Origin: Octopus sinensis
Taxonomy: Eukaryota
Assembly (NCBI RefSeq): GCF_006345805.1
Contig: NC_043013.1
Location: forward strand, 186,001 to 250,000
Length of the DNA: 64,000 nucleotides
Direction of reading: 5' to 3'
Positions 37,623 to 48,995 of this stretch are shown in pieces. Below the pieces are notes generated by a model. That model worked only from the letters and a program-made list of their open reading frames with translations, was not told where the DNA came from and did no database searches. The stretch's first letter is position 1. Every line of letters starts with the position of its first letter. The position numbers and the translations under genes are program-made.

Positions 37623-38171
37623 CGCGCGCGTGTACCGCGAAACAAGTACAATCGAGACAAGAATGTAAAGTGGTTTGAAGGGGGACATCGTTATCTTTAT
37701 TCTATTTTTTCCCCCACTTCAATATTTTTATCATCCGAGCGAATCTATTAATACTTTGTAATATGATTGTATCTGGTCGTTTTGATATGATTGTATCTGG
37801 TCGAGCGCAAATGTATGCGTGTGTATGTGAGGACATGCAAACACACAGGTACACACGCGCACACACACAGGTGTGCATGCACACACACACACACACACAG
37901 AGGCACACAAACATACATACAGGCACACAAATACACGCACACACTTACACACACATAGAAACATACACAAGTACTACCGGCTGTCGCACGGTATCTACAT
38001 GCTAAATTCCACTTCTAACGCGTGACAGAAGACAACCGAGGTGACATCAATGGCGGAGCCCGACTGACCCCTTGCCCCACCCTTGCATAAACTACAAGGG
38101 ACAGCATGTGGGGTGAAGCCATGTGACTGCGAAGAAATAGCAGTTAAATCTCTCTGAAACCACAGTCTAGG

Positions 38172-38620
38172 GCAGTGGTCCCCCACCTGTGGTCAGTGGA
38201 CCCCTGGTGCTCTGCATAGGTAGTATTGGGGCTCCCTGAACATGTTACGCTGACAGACCTTTCAATATCCTGGGGTCCATGGGAATACTTATTTAAATAA
38301 AAGGGAGACTCATAAGGTTGCGCTGACGTTATAGAACAATTAGTGCGCCGTATAATCACAGCAGACGGTTTCTTGTACCAAAGAAAAGATCATCCAAGCT
38401 GTTCCATCGCCTAACAACAACAATCAGATGGTGTAACAAGGAAACTGAATCTGCTATGGCTTACTAGAGGCGCTTACCATTTCACTTGAGCAGACACTCA
38501 TATCTGACTTGATGCCACTTGTTAACAAATAGCTATTTTATTTCAATCTCTGATCGTAGACATTTTATTCCACAGACATCTCTGACGCACTTAAGAAAAT
38601 ACGATTATCACAATTTGCCT
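38172..38620 (+). mobile_element. possible hAT (Buster/Charlie-like) remnant
   Basis: cagtggtcccccacct TIR-like start; KEKIIQAVP-like fragment. Confidence 0.3.
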
Positions 38621-39769
38621 TTAAAACAAAAATTGAAGAAAACAAAGAAGAGAACCTCGTATTGTTATCTCTAGAAATTTTCTCTGGAAATTATTGCCAG
38701 CACTGATTTTGTTAATAGCAATGCTAACACAGTAGAACATAATATTGAATCATAAAAACGTTTAATATACTTTGTAGTATATTATGTCTGCATAACGGAA
38801 TACGGTGGCCCTACAGGTCATTAATATTTGTATTATATTAGATACCGTAAGGTGGTGAGCTGCCAGGACAAAATGATTAGTGATATTTTTCCGGCTTTAC
38901 GTGCTGAGTTCAAATACCAGAGAAGAGTATTCGGTAAAATAAGTACCTGGTACTTAGCTGGGGTCGATGATATGGATTCACTATTTCCTCTAAAGTTATT
39001 GGTCTTGTGCCAAAGTAACGAAATCATTATATTATATATTGTATTGTGCTATATTAGATATCTAGCGTTTATTTTAAATTGAGGATCTTTTCCGTTTGGC
39101 TGCCAAGATTTCAAAAATCAGAGTTTATTGAAAATTTTAAGATTTGGTTCATTAATGTAGTTTTCCAAGCTGAATCGGTGGAGATATTTCATTTTTTCCA
39201 GAAAAACTTTTTAGAAAAGAGTTATAGAGATTTAAAGTTTGTTCGTTTTCACCCAGCCAGGAATCAGGATTTGGAAGGTGTCATTTTGTGCGTGACTGCA
39301 CAGTTTGTCAACATCCTGAAAATAGCACGTTTGTTTTTATATGAAACCTTAAAAAATGAATTACGTACGACATATAAACCCCTTATAACTTCTATGTTTT
39401 GGAATTTTCAGAAAATTTTGCAAATTTGTTTCTACACTCGGAAAAATCATACGATAATGCAAAAAAATATGGTGGAGGTGCGTGATTTAATGCCTATTTA
39501 GCTGTTATTTTTAGCGCACCTCACAACCACCTCAATGACAAAAAAAAAAACGAGTAAACAACATGTATTTTCAGCTTTAAGCATTCAAAATGCATTTAAT
39601 ACGATAAACAGCAAATTACAAATTAAATATTTCTCAAAATAAGAAACTCATAACACAAACTTAAAAGATTTATCCAAAAACAAAATAGCACATTACAAAT
39701 TAAATATCTTTAAAAAACAAACATTTTGTTGACCAGTTCATTGAAAACGAAAGTTAGAAATGCATTCAA

Positions 39770-40580
39770 GCAATTTCTCAAACAAATCACAATTTTCATA
39801 TCTCCTGCGCCACATAAATCCACAGAGATATGAATCTAACAAAGAACGGTGAGTGCCACAGCACCGTTTATGACCTCATTTTACAGAGGCTCATCTACTC
39901 TCCACTTGTTGAGTGTGGCTATCATCTTTCGAGTGAACAAACCCAACGCTGTGGTGCACCGTTCTATGCTCAAAATTGTAACCATCAATTTCAGGAATGT
40001 GAAAGTACGCCCGTCACAAATCGCTGAAAATTGCAGTTCCTGGGAGAATCGAGTGATGTCTGCATTTCTCCAGTGTATCACGATTCCGACATGGCACTGC
40101 ATACATAAAAACCTGGTCTCAAGACATTCCTCCCAAAACCCACTGCTCAGGTAGGACCCTTCCTTGGTTGTACTTACGTCTTGAGAAGACTGTTTCATTG
40201 ATCTCAACAATCCTCCCAGGACCACCAACCTTAACTGGATGACAGGGGCTGGTTTCCTGCACATACTTCCCTAACAAAGCTGTTATAATCAACAGCTGTG
40301 CAATGCTTCATCCCCAGTTCTTCAGCTCAAGACCGGACTGAAGTCAATTCCTTAACCCACGAGTAAAGGAAAAGCACAACGGTCCTAAGCGGCAAGGTGC
40401 CACCTTCCCTCTCCTCACTGGCACACACTCCATGCATCCTTGGTGCCAGCATTGTCAATACATATTCCCACCACATTTTCTTCTGCTCTTAAAGTACTTC
40501 TTCATTTTGCATAATTTTCTTTTAAGTATAACACCCTTTTCTTCTAAATACAAAGCTGCATCCTCCTCTAATGCGTTATT
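39770..40580 (-). pseudogene. Merlin (IS1016/ISXO2-like) DDE transposase pseudogene
   Basis: YLEEKGVILKRKLC...LRTVVLFLYSWVKELTS...EELGMKHCTAVDYNSFVREVC...VKVGGPGRIVEINETVFSRRKYNQGRV...WVLGG...ILPGTAIFSD...HRTVHHSVGFV...SHTQQVES...LDSYLCGFMWRRRY. Confidence 0.85.
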
Positions 40581-41734
40581 TAAGACCTATTTGGTTGCTA
40601 TTTTTAGCACATATGACAACCACATTAATGACCCGAATATATTTGTCAACGCGTTCTTTCTTGCAGACAAAAGAGTTCTCATGTTTGGCTCGTTACTATG
40701 GAAATAGGCATGAATGTGTTTGTGGCTTACGATTGGCTAAAATTTCAAACTTTAATAACTAATAACACTATTTTTATGGATTTATGGCGAAAATGATTTT
40801 CATAGCATTGATTAACATATAAAAGTATATCATTACAATGAATATGAAATCAATTCAAACAGAAATTGAAGAGATTGGGAATCGGCAACCGAACAGAAAA
40901 TATCCGGAATTAAAAACCAGAGCGGATCTCGTTTTTTTTTTTCATTCGCAAAATATGCCTTTTGTAGAAGACAGTAAAAAATCTGCAAATTGGCTATAAT
41001 AATGTAGCATAGCAGTCTCATTGCTTTGAAGGTATGATGTTGTTGAGAAAAAAAAATCGGAGAAAAAGTTAAAGAGGTTTAAAAATCGAAAAATCCAGGT
41101 ATTTTTAGACGACAGCGAGACAGAAATGTTCTGCGTTTAGCGGAAAACTTTAAGGTGACAAGTTTAAGGTTGAATCTGTGAAGTGTAGCGTCTGACCCGT
41201 TCACTGTAGGTTTGTAAATAAAGAGAAATACCTAATACCTATCATCTGGATCTAGTCTTTCTTATTCATTGATTGTATTTTATTTTACTTTTTTTTAATT
41301 TGTTATATTAATATATTTGTCTGCATGTGTTTACTTTATGCGTATTTCAGTATTATGTATACCTGACATGTATTTGTGTACATCATTAATGTGTGTGTGT
41401 GTGTGGTGTGTGTGTGTGTGTGTGTGTGAAAAAGGGGCGTCTGTCTCCATAACTTCAAAGTTGAGTAACGTTTTCATGCTTAGATTTGTAAACTATGATA
41501 AGAATAAATAAAGGAAAAGCACAAAAAAATACTAACACACAGAAGCACAGGAAGATATGTAATATGCCAACAGAAAAATTAAAACAAAACGTGGGTGAAA
41601 CGAATCTGGTGGTGTGAAGAATCGATTGTAAAGAATCAACATCGAACAACGTGTGTCACAGACAAGAGTGAAGTGAACCACGAAGTCGCAGACAACACCG
41701 AGACAACAGTGAAGTAAACCACAACAAGCGTTCT

Positions 41735-41780
41735 GTTGTCATGGTAACAAGCTGCTAAAGCCACGCTGTCTGCTGATTGG
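41735..41780. promoter_or_regulatory. candidate RFX X-box plus CCAAT box
   Basis: GTTGTCATGGTAAC at 41735-41748 fits GTYNYYATRGNAAC; ATTGG at 41776-41780; unique, non-repeat context. Confidence 0.4.
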
Positions 41781-42939
41781 CTAAAATTACCCAAATTTCC
41801 CAACTTTGATTCCAAAATTACATCAGATTCTTCAATTAGGAGATAAAGTAATTGGTTGATCGTAATCAACATTCGGAGTTGTATCGATACACCGAAAATG
41901 AAAGCAATCTGAACAAAATTAAGTGAAGCCATTGTTGATTTTTATTTCACAGACTCTGAGGGAACCGGATGGAGGACAACCTAGATATGTTTGGAAGATT
42001 GCGAAACGTAATAAGAACAAAGAGGTTGGATTTGGCGAGTTTAAACTCAGATATTTAGATACAGTAAAATATCTATTTCAAAAACATAGTGTATATATCA
42101 GTTCTCTAATTGTTTCTCACTAAATTTAAATTATCCGTTAAAAGCAACTGGCACTTCAAAGAGTAATCAGTCCCTATGAAATATCAAATCGTATTGCGAC
42201 AGCTGGTCTCACCATTGACTTAATAAGTATGGAATCGGAAACAAGTAAATCACAGATAATAATAATATTGATTTCTCATGAAGGCACAGATGGCCAAATA
42301 ATAGAATGTCAAAGAATTGGCTAATGATTGGTAGATTCTATATACTCTCACTGGTGCTGTGATATGTCTTTGGCCAGAACACTTGACTCTCAAATAATTC
42401 TGTCCTCCTAAACCCCAACCTGAATCTTTCTGCAAGTTTCTTTCCTTTATTCTCGAGACTTTGCAGTCGAGAATTTATGTGAGTCAGCGGTCAACTTTTG
42501 ACCACCTCGGGTCAAGTTCAGTTCAACCTCAGTGCGACCTGTTTAGCTATGGAATTGTTATAAATAGGGAGCATAGTTATTTATCACGCTTTCTTTTTCA
42601 CTCGGCATCTTTAAAGCAGAGATAACATGCATGCTTTCTTCCCTCGGAGTTGCCAAAGAGTTAAAACGTGTCTCCCTCTCTTATTCAATGTCTGTCACAA
42701 AGGTAACATGACTCTTTTATCTTCTCACAAACTTTCAGTGAGATAAATTCTTTAACTTTCTCTCTCACCGTTCCCTTCGGACACTTAGCGAGAAACTACA
42801 ATGGCCAGAGATATCTATACAAAGAACAACAGAACTGCTGCCAGCCATGATATATTACCACTATCTCGAAGTTGTTGTTTGTCTCGTAACGGTAGACAAT
42901 AGTGACGTTAACTATGATATTTCTGACCATGCAAAGCCT

Positions 42940-43280
42940 CCAAATTCCGTTTCCGAGATCAGCTCAAGGCCACCCACCTCCGCTGCTACTTTGACCCAAA
43001 TATTTGGAAGACAATCGCCAAGTAACGTCTGAAGTGGTGACGTGTCATCATCAAGGAAACAGACAAGTGGCAAAGCTCAGACGTCGAAGACGCAAAGATT
43101 AATTCGCACTTCCTCATGCCCCTACCAACTCACCCCTGCAATGAATGCCTGCAGCTCTTCTATACCGCCCTTGGCCTGAACAGCCACCTCAGGCATTGGC
43201 ACCCTTCGCACCCATCAAGATGAAGAGACCCAATGGCTACAGACCTACTACTCGGATACGAGTTGACGACGACGATAACG
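42940..43280 (+). mobile_element. RTE LINE 3' end
   Basis: CNECLQLFYTALGLNSHLRH zinc-finger-like end; ggatacgag..gacgacgacga tail. Confidence 0.65.
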
Positions 43281-43314
43281 AATGTACAAAATATATGAAT
43301 ATGAGCCAGAAATA

Positions 43315-43467
43315 GGTTCATGCAGTGGAAACAATAATTCGGCAGATTTATTATATAACATCTCTTGTGTTTCTAAGCTCATGAGCATTGAACCTGGAAG
43401 ACTGCTTGCAGACACAAAGCAGGTTATATAAATCTACCGAATTATTGTGTTTCTACGGCATGAAACC
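43315..43467. repeat. decayed ~150-bp hairpin
   Basis: ggttcatgcagtggaaacaataattcggcagat..tatataac versus gttatataaatctaccgaattattgtgtttctacggcatgaaacc. Confidence 0.7.
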
Positions 43468-43699
43468 AACCATTAGTAGCTTGTCTTACTTTTATATGTA
43501 TTGAGTTTAGACTCGTTTAATAACAGCCTGGCACCCACGCTTTGTTCTTTTCAGATTTTCTTTTTCATTTCTCTGGGTCATACTTTATCAATTTCATCTT
43601 CTGAATGTTTGTTTCGGCGGTTATTAGTTAGTTTTAATCAAGGCTGAGTAAAATCGTTTGCCGTTTTCATGTTTTTTTTTATCGTTGTTTTGTTTTATT

Positions 43700-43875
43700 G
43701 AACTGCGGCCATGTTGGGCCACCATCTTGAACGACTTAGTTACACAAATAGACCCCAGTATTTGTTTTTAAGCCTGGTTCTTGTTCTATCGGCATCTTTT
43801 ACCGAACCGCTAAGTTACGGGACCTAAACAAACCAACACCGTTGCCAAATGGTGGCCAGGGACAAACACAAGCAT
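43700..43875 (-). mobile_element. octopus SINE 3' portion
   Basis: ctgcggccatgttgg...accgaaccgctaagttacgggac. Confidence 0.65.
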
Positions 43876-44269
43876 GTAGATAGGGTTGTTGGGAAAATAC
43901 GACCGTACGTAAGGAGTTGGTGACAGAAATGTCTCCTTTTAAACGCCGCACAGTCGCCCTAACAAAAGAAGAAGCCAAAATACATGAAATAAAAGAATAA
44001 GTGCCAAAAGGAATAAGAAAGACGACACAACCGTTCTACTGTTTGAGAGAGAAGACTTTATTTACAGATGTGTACAATAAGATAAAGTATGGGTGCCAGC
44101 AAAGTGGAGTGTCTGTGTACATGCGACAAGTGTTAGTGTCTGAGTGTTCGTGTGTGCATTACCTGAGTGAACATAAGTACAAGCAAGGTGTATGCAGGTG
44201 AGACAGAATACAATACAGAGCATAGAATGAGTCTCTCAGGATATTTTAGACAAGATGGAATTAACTTAC

Positions 44270-44755
44270 CAGTTCGTAGTAAGGTACATAATAGCAGTTC
44301 GTTCTGTAACTGGATGTTGGAGTCACAAGGCAGAATGCCGGTTGAACACTTGTCGTGTAGCGGTTGGAGCTTCAATACTGTGCCAGGTCTCTTGATACAG
44401 GAATTCTTGCAGGTAGTGCGGTGCTGATAACCTTGGTGAAAATCACAACAGCGAGAAAGCTAAACCTGAGCGAGTGCTGTGTACGTATTGGTGTTGCTGG
44501 AGATGAAGGCGACGGAGATGGAGACGACGTGAAGTCGAAGGACGACGATGGTGATGGCGACGGCAGAGAAAGGCGTCGTCGAGATGAAGGCGACGGAGGT
44601 GGAGAACGTTCTGTGTTGCTGGTGTATGTTAGCGTCATTTTGGCTGGAGCAGGAACATGGCTGGCTGGTCTAGTCGTCTGTCGCTGGAACTGGAACTGGC
44701 TGAGTCACTCTGTGGTCAGAGGTTAGTCCTGAGAAAAAGACTAGAACCAAAGACG
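44270..44755 (-). other. candidate first exon of an unidentified minus-strand transcript
   Basis: begins ~25-30 nt after the TATA box; ends at a consensus donor CTG|GTAAGT (intron from 44269); contains an 88-aa ATG ORF (44372-44638) and a short ATG 20 nt before the donor. Confidence 0.4.
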
Positions 44756-44778
44756 AGAAATAGTGATTTGCTGGCGCC

Positions 44779-44914
44779 TTTTATAATCTGAGATGGGCTC
44801 CAGTGAAACCCCCAAAAGACTGTCATGGGACCTTATCCGAAGGCCATGATTGGTTGGTTTACACACTGGCGCGAAATAAGCCAAGAGACAAACTGCGCCA
44901 ATGTCAACCAATCA
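44779..44914 (-). promoter_or_regulatory. candidate Pol II promoter: TATAAAA plus three CCAAT boxes
   Basis: TATAAAA 44785-44779 (minus); CCAAT motifs at 44849-44853, 44898-44902, 44908-44912. Confidence 0.5.
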
Positions 44915-45193
44915 GAACAGTGGACACAACAGGGTTAAAATAGCCGAAGATGGTTGCTATCTAACACGAGATCATTTCTAATATATCTCTCAAACAGTGA
45001 GGATATCACCTAGCTACGCTACTTGGTTATAATCAAGCTGTGTTCTCATGAAGCACAATTGCTTATTCCAGTCCTCCAAAATTATATGAAGATGTTTGAA
45101 TGAGCCATGCATAAGAGTTGAAAAATATTGGGAAATAGTTTTTGCAGAATCAAAACAAGAGAATGCCAAAATTACCTCTAATATCCTGTTTTG

Positions 45194-45309
<116 letters not shown>

Positions 45310-45543
45310 AGATCCAAGGATCGAGTTGTAGAAAAAAAGTTAGCTTCAAGCAATCTGTAGTAAATATAAAATACAACTTTCAAGGACAAGAGTGGCTTAA
45401 TGAGATGGAAGAAGGTTGTCGATGTTTTATTATATCTAAGTACGATAAACCGAAAAAGTTCGTTTTATATTTCACGGTAGGCCACCAGGGTTACTGGGTG
45501 TACGAATAAGAATACAAGAGTTAAGGAATGGAGTAGATAAGAT

Positions 45544-45632
45544 CCGGCCTATATTTGTTTCATAGCGAGCGGAACCTCGGAAGTGGTAGATATCTAAGCG
45601 AAGTGTACACCGCAGGCTACTCTTCAGGCCAA
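45544..45632 (-). ncRNA. decayed type-I hammerhead-like motif
   Basis: ttggc CTGAAGA gtagc...gctat GAAAC aaatatag gccgg; stems I and II pair, helix III and cleavage triplet degenerate. Confidence 0.45.
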
Positions 45633-45986
45633 GGATATCTTCATTAAATGAAAGTTTACATTGTCGCAAGGGGGTAGAAGGATATAAGTGGCCTCGTACC
45701 ATTTATATCATAGTCTTCTCCCGCTCCCTTTATTTTTTATTTTTTATTTACATATCCATTGAAATGGTTTTAGATTTTGCCCTCAATTCAATTATAATTG
45801 ACCAATTGTAAAGATCGCTGGACTTAGACCTGTCCCATTGCGAACAACAGGTAGTATTCTCTGTAATATTTCTCTAAGTACACTATCATAAGATCCCTAC
45901 GGTATAATATGTTGGATAAATATTAACTAGAGTTATTTACGTTAGCATAGGTAATGCCCTTTTATAGACATGTTAGAAATTTCCTT

Positions 45987-46045
<59 letters not shown>

Positions 46046-46548
46046 TTGCTAATTTCTTTTCACAACTTTTAAAGTATCTTGTCCTCCCCCACTTTATATT
46101 GAAATAAACTGAAAAAAATTTTTTCCTTGACCATTACTAGATCACTCTTTTACCTACAGACTTCGAAGCCCTATGATGGTAGATTGTATGTTTTTAATTT
46201 ATTGAGCTTCCAGACTTCTTCTCTAGGCCGTGTTTTTCTTTCCTATTCCCTCTTCATTTTGTTTATTTGGACGCTTTTCTATTAACTCTGACTAAGCTCC
46301 GTGTTCTAGTTTGAATGTCCTATGAAAATGAAAAAATATTATTTTCACAATTCATTGTAGGTAACGATTGGCATCGGAAGCAGAAACGGCCGTAAGAATT
46401 GTTGTGTCACATAAATGTTACGTCATGTTTTGTATTAAATAATAATAAGCTTTAGATGTAGTCCAATTGTGTTGTTTGTCGATTTTCTGATTATTTATAT
46501 TATATATATATATGTATGTATATGTAACAACAGATGGATAATGTGTCA

Positions 46549-46778
46549 ATTCACTACAGCTGTTTCCAACGAATCTTCGATTGATTAATGAAGACATTAC
46601 ATCATTAGAAAAAACCGTTTTCAACGGGTGAATACATGAACCACAAAAGGGTCATAGAATCATGAAGATGCACGTGCCACTGGCTTTTGAATGTTGTGGT
46701 TCATGTATTCACCTGATGCAAACGGTTTTTCCTAATGATGCAATGTCTCCATTAATCAATTAAAAACTTGTTGGAAAC
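46549..46778. repeat. foldback (arms 46562-46646 and 46694-46778) with hammerhead remnants
   Basis: left arm, minus: attcac CCGTTGA...GAAAC AGCT GTA gtgaat; right arm, plus: attcac CTGATGC...GAAAC. Confidence 0.8.
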
Positions 46779-47499
46779 CCTATTTTCTGGGATGCAAATC
46801 GACGTAGAATATAGTGTAATATAAACACTGAAATGTCATTCTTTTTCAAATTCTGCAGCATTTCACGTGGCATTTTTGATCCTTCAAAGTTGTCTTGGTG
46901 TATAAGCTGACCTACCATTTTTCGGTCTGAAACATTAGACTTATTTGTCAGAAAATGCGATATGAATCCTAAGAAATTTTTGGATAGAAAATGAAAAGAG
47001 GTGGAGTTTGTATTCGCAATCTCTGTCATCTAATGAAGAACGTTTCAAGAAACAACATGCACAAAATCAAACACATTTGGTAATACACTGTATACATATT
47101 TCTCGTTAAATCCCGAGTTTTTGCTTGGCGTAGAATGGTTTCTCTAACTCCAAACATTTCACGAGTACTTGTCGGTTGCTGCATCAGCGCTCACCAGTAA
47201 AGACAGCAGCGTCTTTTGTTTGTTCATTTTTATCTATTTACATTTCTTTATGGCCTTAAACCAATCAATTATATAAATTACTGTCTAGCCACTTACAAAT
47301 GTGACATTTAAATTTAGTGTAGTTATGATAAATTACCTCTTGATTTCTGCTTGCCTAGAGTGAGAACAGACGACACAAATGTTACAGTTTAAAATTACAG
47401 TCACACTTAACGCTATCCATGAACACAACATATATGTGCGTGCATCACTCTTTCTCTGTGTGTATGTGTTTGTCTCTCTCTCTTTCTCTCTCTCTCCCT

Positions 47500-47552
<53 letters not shown>

Positions 47553-47615
47553 ATATTTGAAATCTGCTGCACTTCGGAAACTTTATAGAAAGTATTTTTG
47601 TATTTTTATGTAAAG

Positions 47616-47777
47616 TACAATACTGAACAACCAAGAGCGGATCTCTTCACTCGACTGGGTCGTGTTATCTGCATACACTGCAAGAATATCAAGTGCAAAC
47701 ACGTCTACACAGAGTTTGATATCCACATAATATTGTTTGGGTGTGCAAATTCGATCAACCTCACAAAGTGCCTCAAT
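47616..47777 (+). other. candidate 162-nt symmetric internal exon
   Basis: T-rich tract + AG acceptor, AT|GTAAGT donor, one open frame (YNTEQPRADLFTRLGRVICIHCK...); no recognised homology. Confidence 0.2.
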
Positions 47778-47893
47778 GTAAGTCCCTAATTCAACCGAAT
47801 CTTAATTATACTTTTATATATTTATATGAAGAGTTATTAATAAGGGATTATCAGTCTGGGAAAGATACTTCTCAAGCTCTCTGTTAATACGCA

Positions 47894-48890
47894 CTAGCAG
47901 AATTGCCCGGCGATGCTCGGGGCTGAATTGCTTGAAAGTACTGTTAATGATTGCACTGAATTATGATGATTATTCAGGCAAATATTGATATAAGTTTACG
48001 GCGAATGAATGTATTTGTAAGTGTATAGAAAGCCGTGTAAAGGGGTTCCTACCCCCTCGTAGAATGGTGTAAGAATTGAATGCGAGATTGCATTGAAAAG
48101 AGCCATGTTATTGTTCTCATAATTGTAAGAATTTGATAGTCGTGGAAGGCGGTGTAAAACGTTCGCAGGTGAATAGGGTCTCTTCGTTTTCCACGAACGG
48201 CAGCGGATGTGCTGTTACAAAACTTCATGCTGTGTTAAAAGAGAATGGATGCCCTATGTAGGCAAGAGGGAATGAAGCATGGGTAAATAAATATGGGTAA
48301 TTTATAAAATATAGAACAATAGCATCTACTCACCATATGTCAGACCGGCAAGACTATAGTGGTGCTGAATAGATGAATCACAACACTGTGGTGGAGATGT
48401 TTTCATTGATGGGCGTTATGATTAAATTTGTTGTTGTATAAAATGATCTGTTGCTTAGTTTCCAAAGTGTATGTTGCGATCGTGTTGTCGCTTATGTAAA
48501 CTTTAACAGTGAGAGTGTAGATGTAGGGGGTAGATGTGTCATGTACGTTGGATATAGAAGATGAAGCTGGTGGTTTGATGATGAATGGATAGAAATAGAG
48601 GTGAGTGAAGGACAGGTGTTGGTTAAGTGTGAATTAATGTCATGAAACGCCTAAAAATGTAAATGCCATCATAAAAGAGAGTCGTATGTAAGTGAAATAC
48701 TAACGTGTTTGAAAATGATGAAATGTAGTAATCCTATAAAACCTCCTTGTACACAATGTTTTTTTGTTTTTTGTTGTGGACTGAATTAACAACGGAGTTG
48801 TAAGCGAACTTCTGTTCTGGAAGGAGCTTTGGCTCATTGTCGGCTATGTACTCGGCAAGCTTGTCAACATTAAAACATGTCTCACGCAGC
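47894..48890 (-). mobile_element. internally deleted Helitron
   Basis: 3' hairpin cccgagcatcgccggg + CTAG|T at 47894; ORF fragment RETCFNVDKLAEYIADNEPKLLPEQKFAYNSVVNSV fused to the Pif1-type terminus KNIVYKEVL*. Confidence 0.8.
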
Positions 48891-48995
48891 AAATGTGAAG
48901 ACAGAGTGTTGTGCCTACACATGCCAAGTCACCACACAGTGGGACTGAACCCGGGACCATGTGTTTGGAACGTAGTTTGTTACCACACAGCCACA
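48880..48995 (-). mobile_element. tRNA-derived SINE head
   Basis: gtgggactgaacccgggaccatgtg...ttaccacacagccacacctgcc. Confidence 0.65.
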
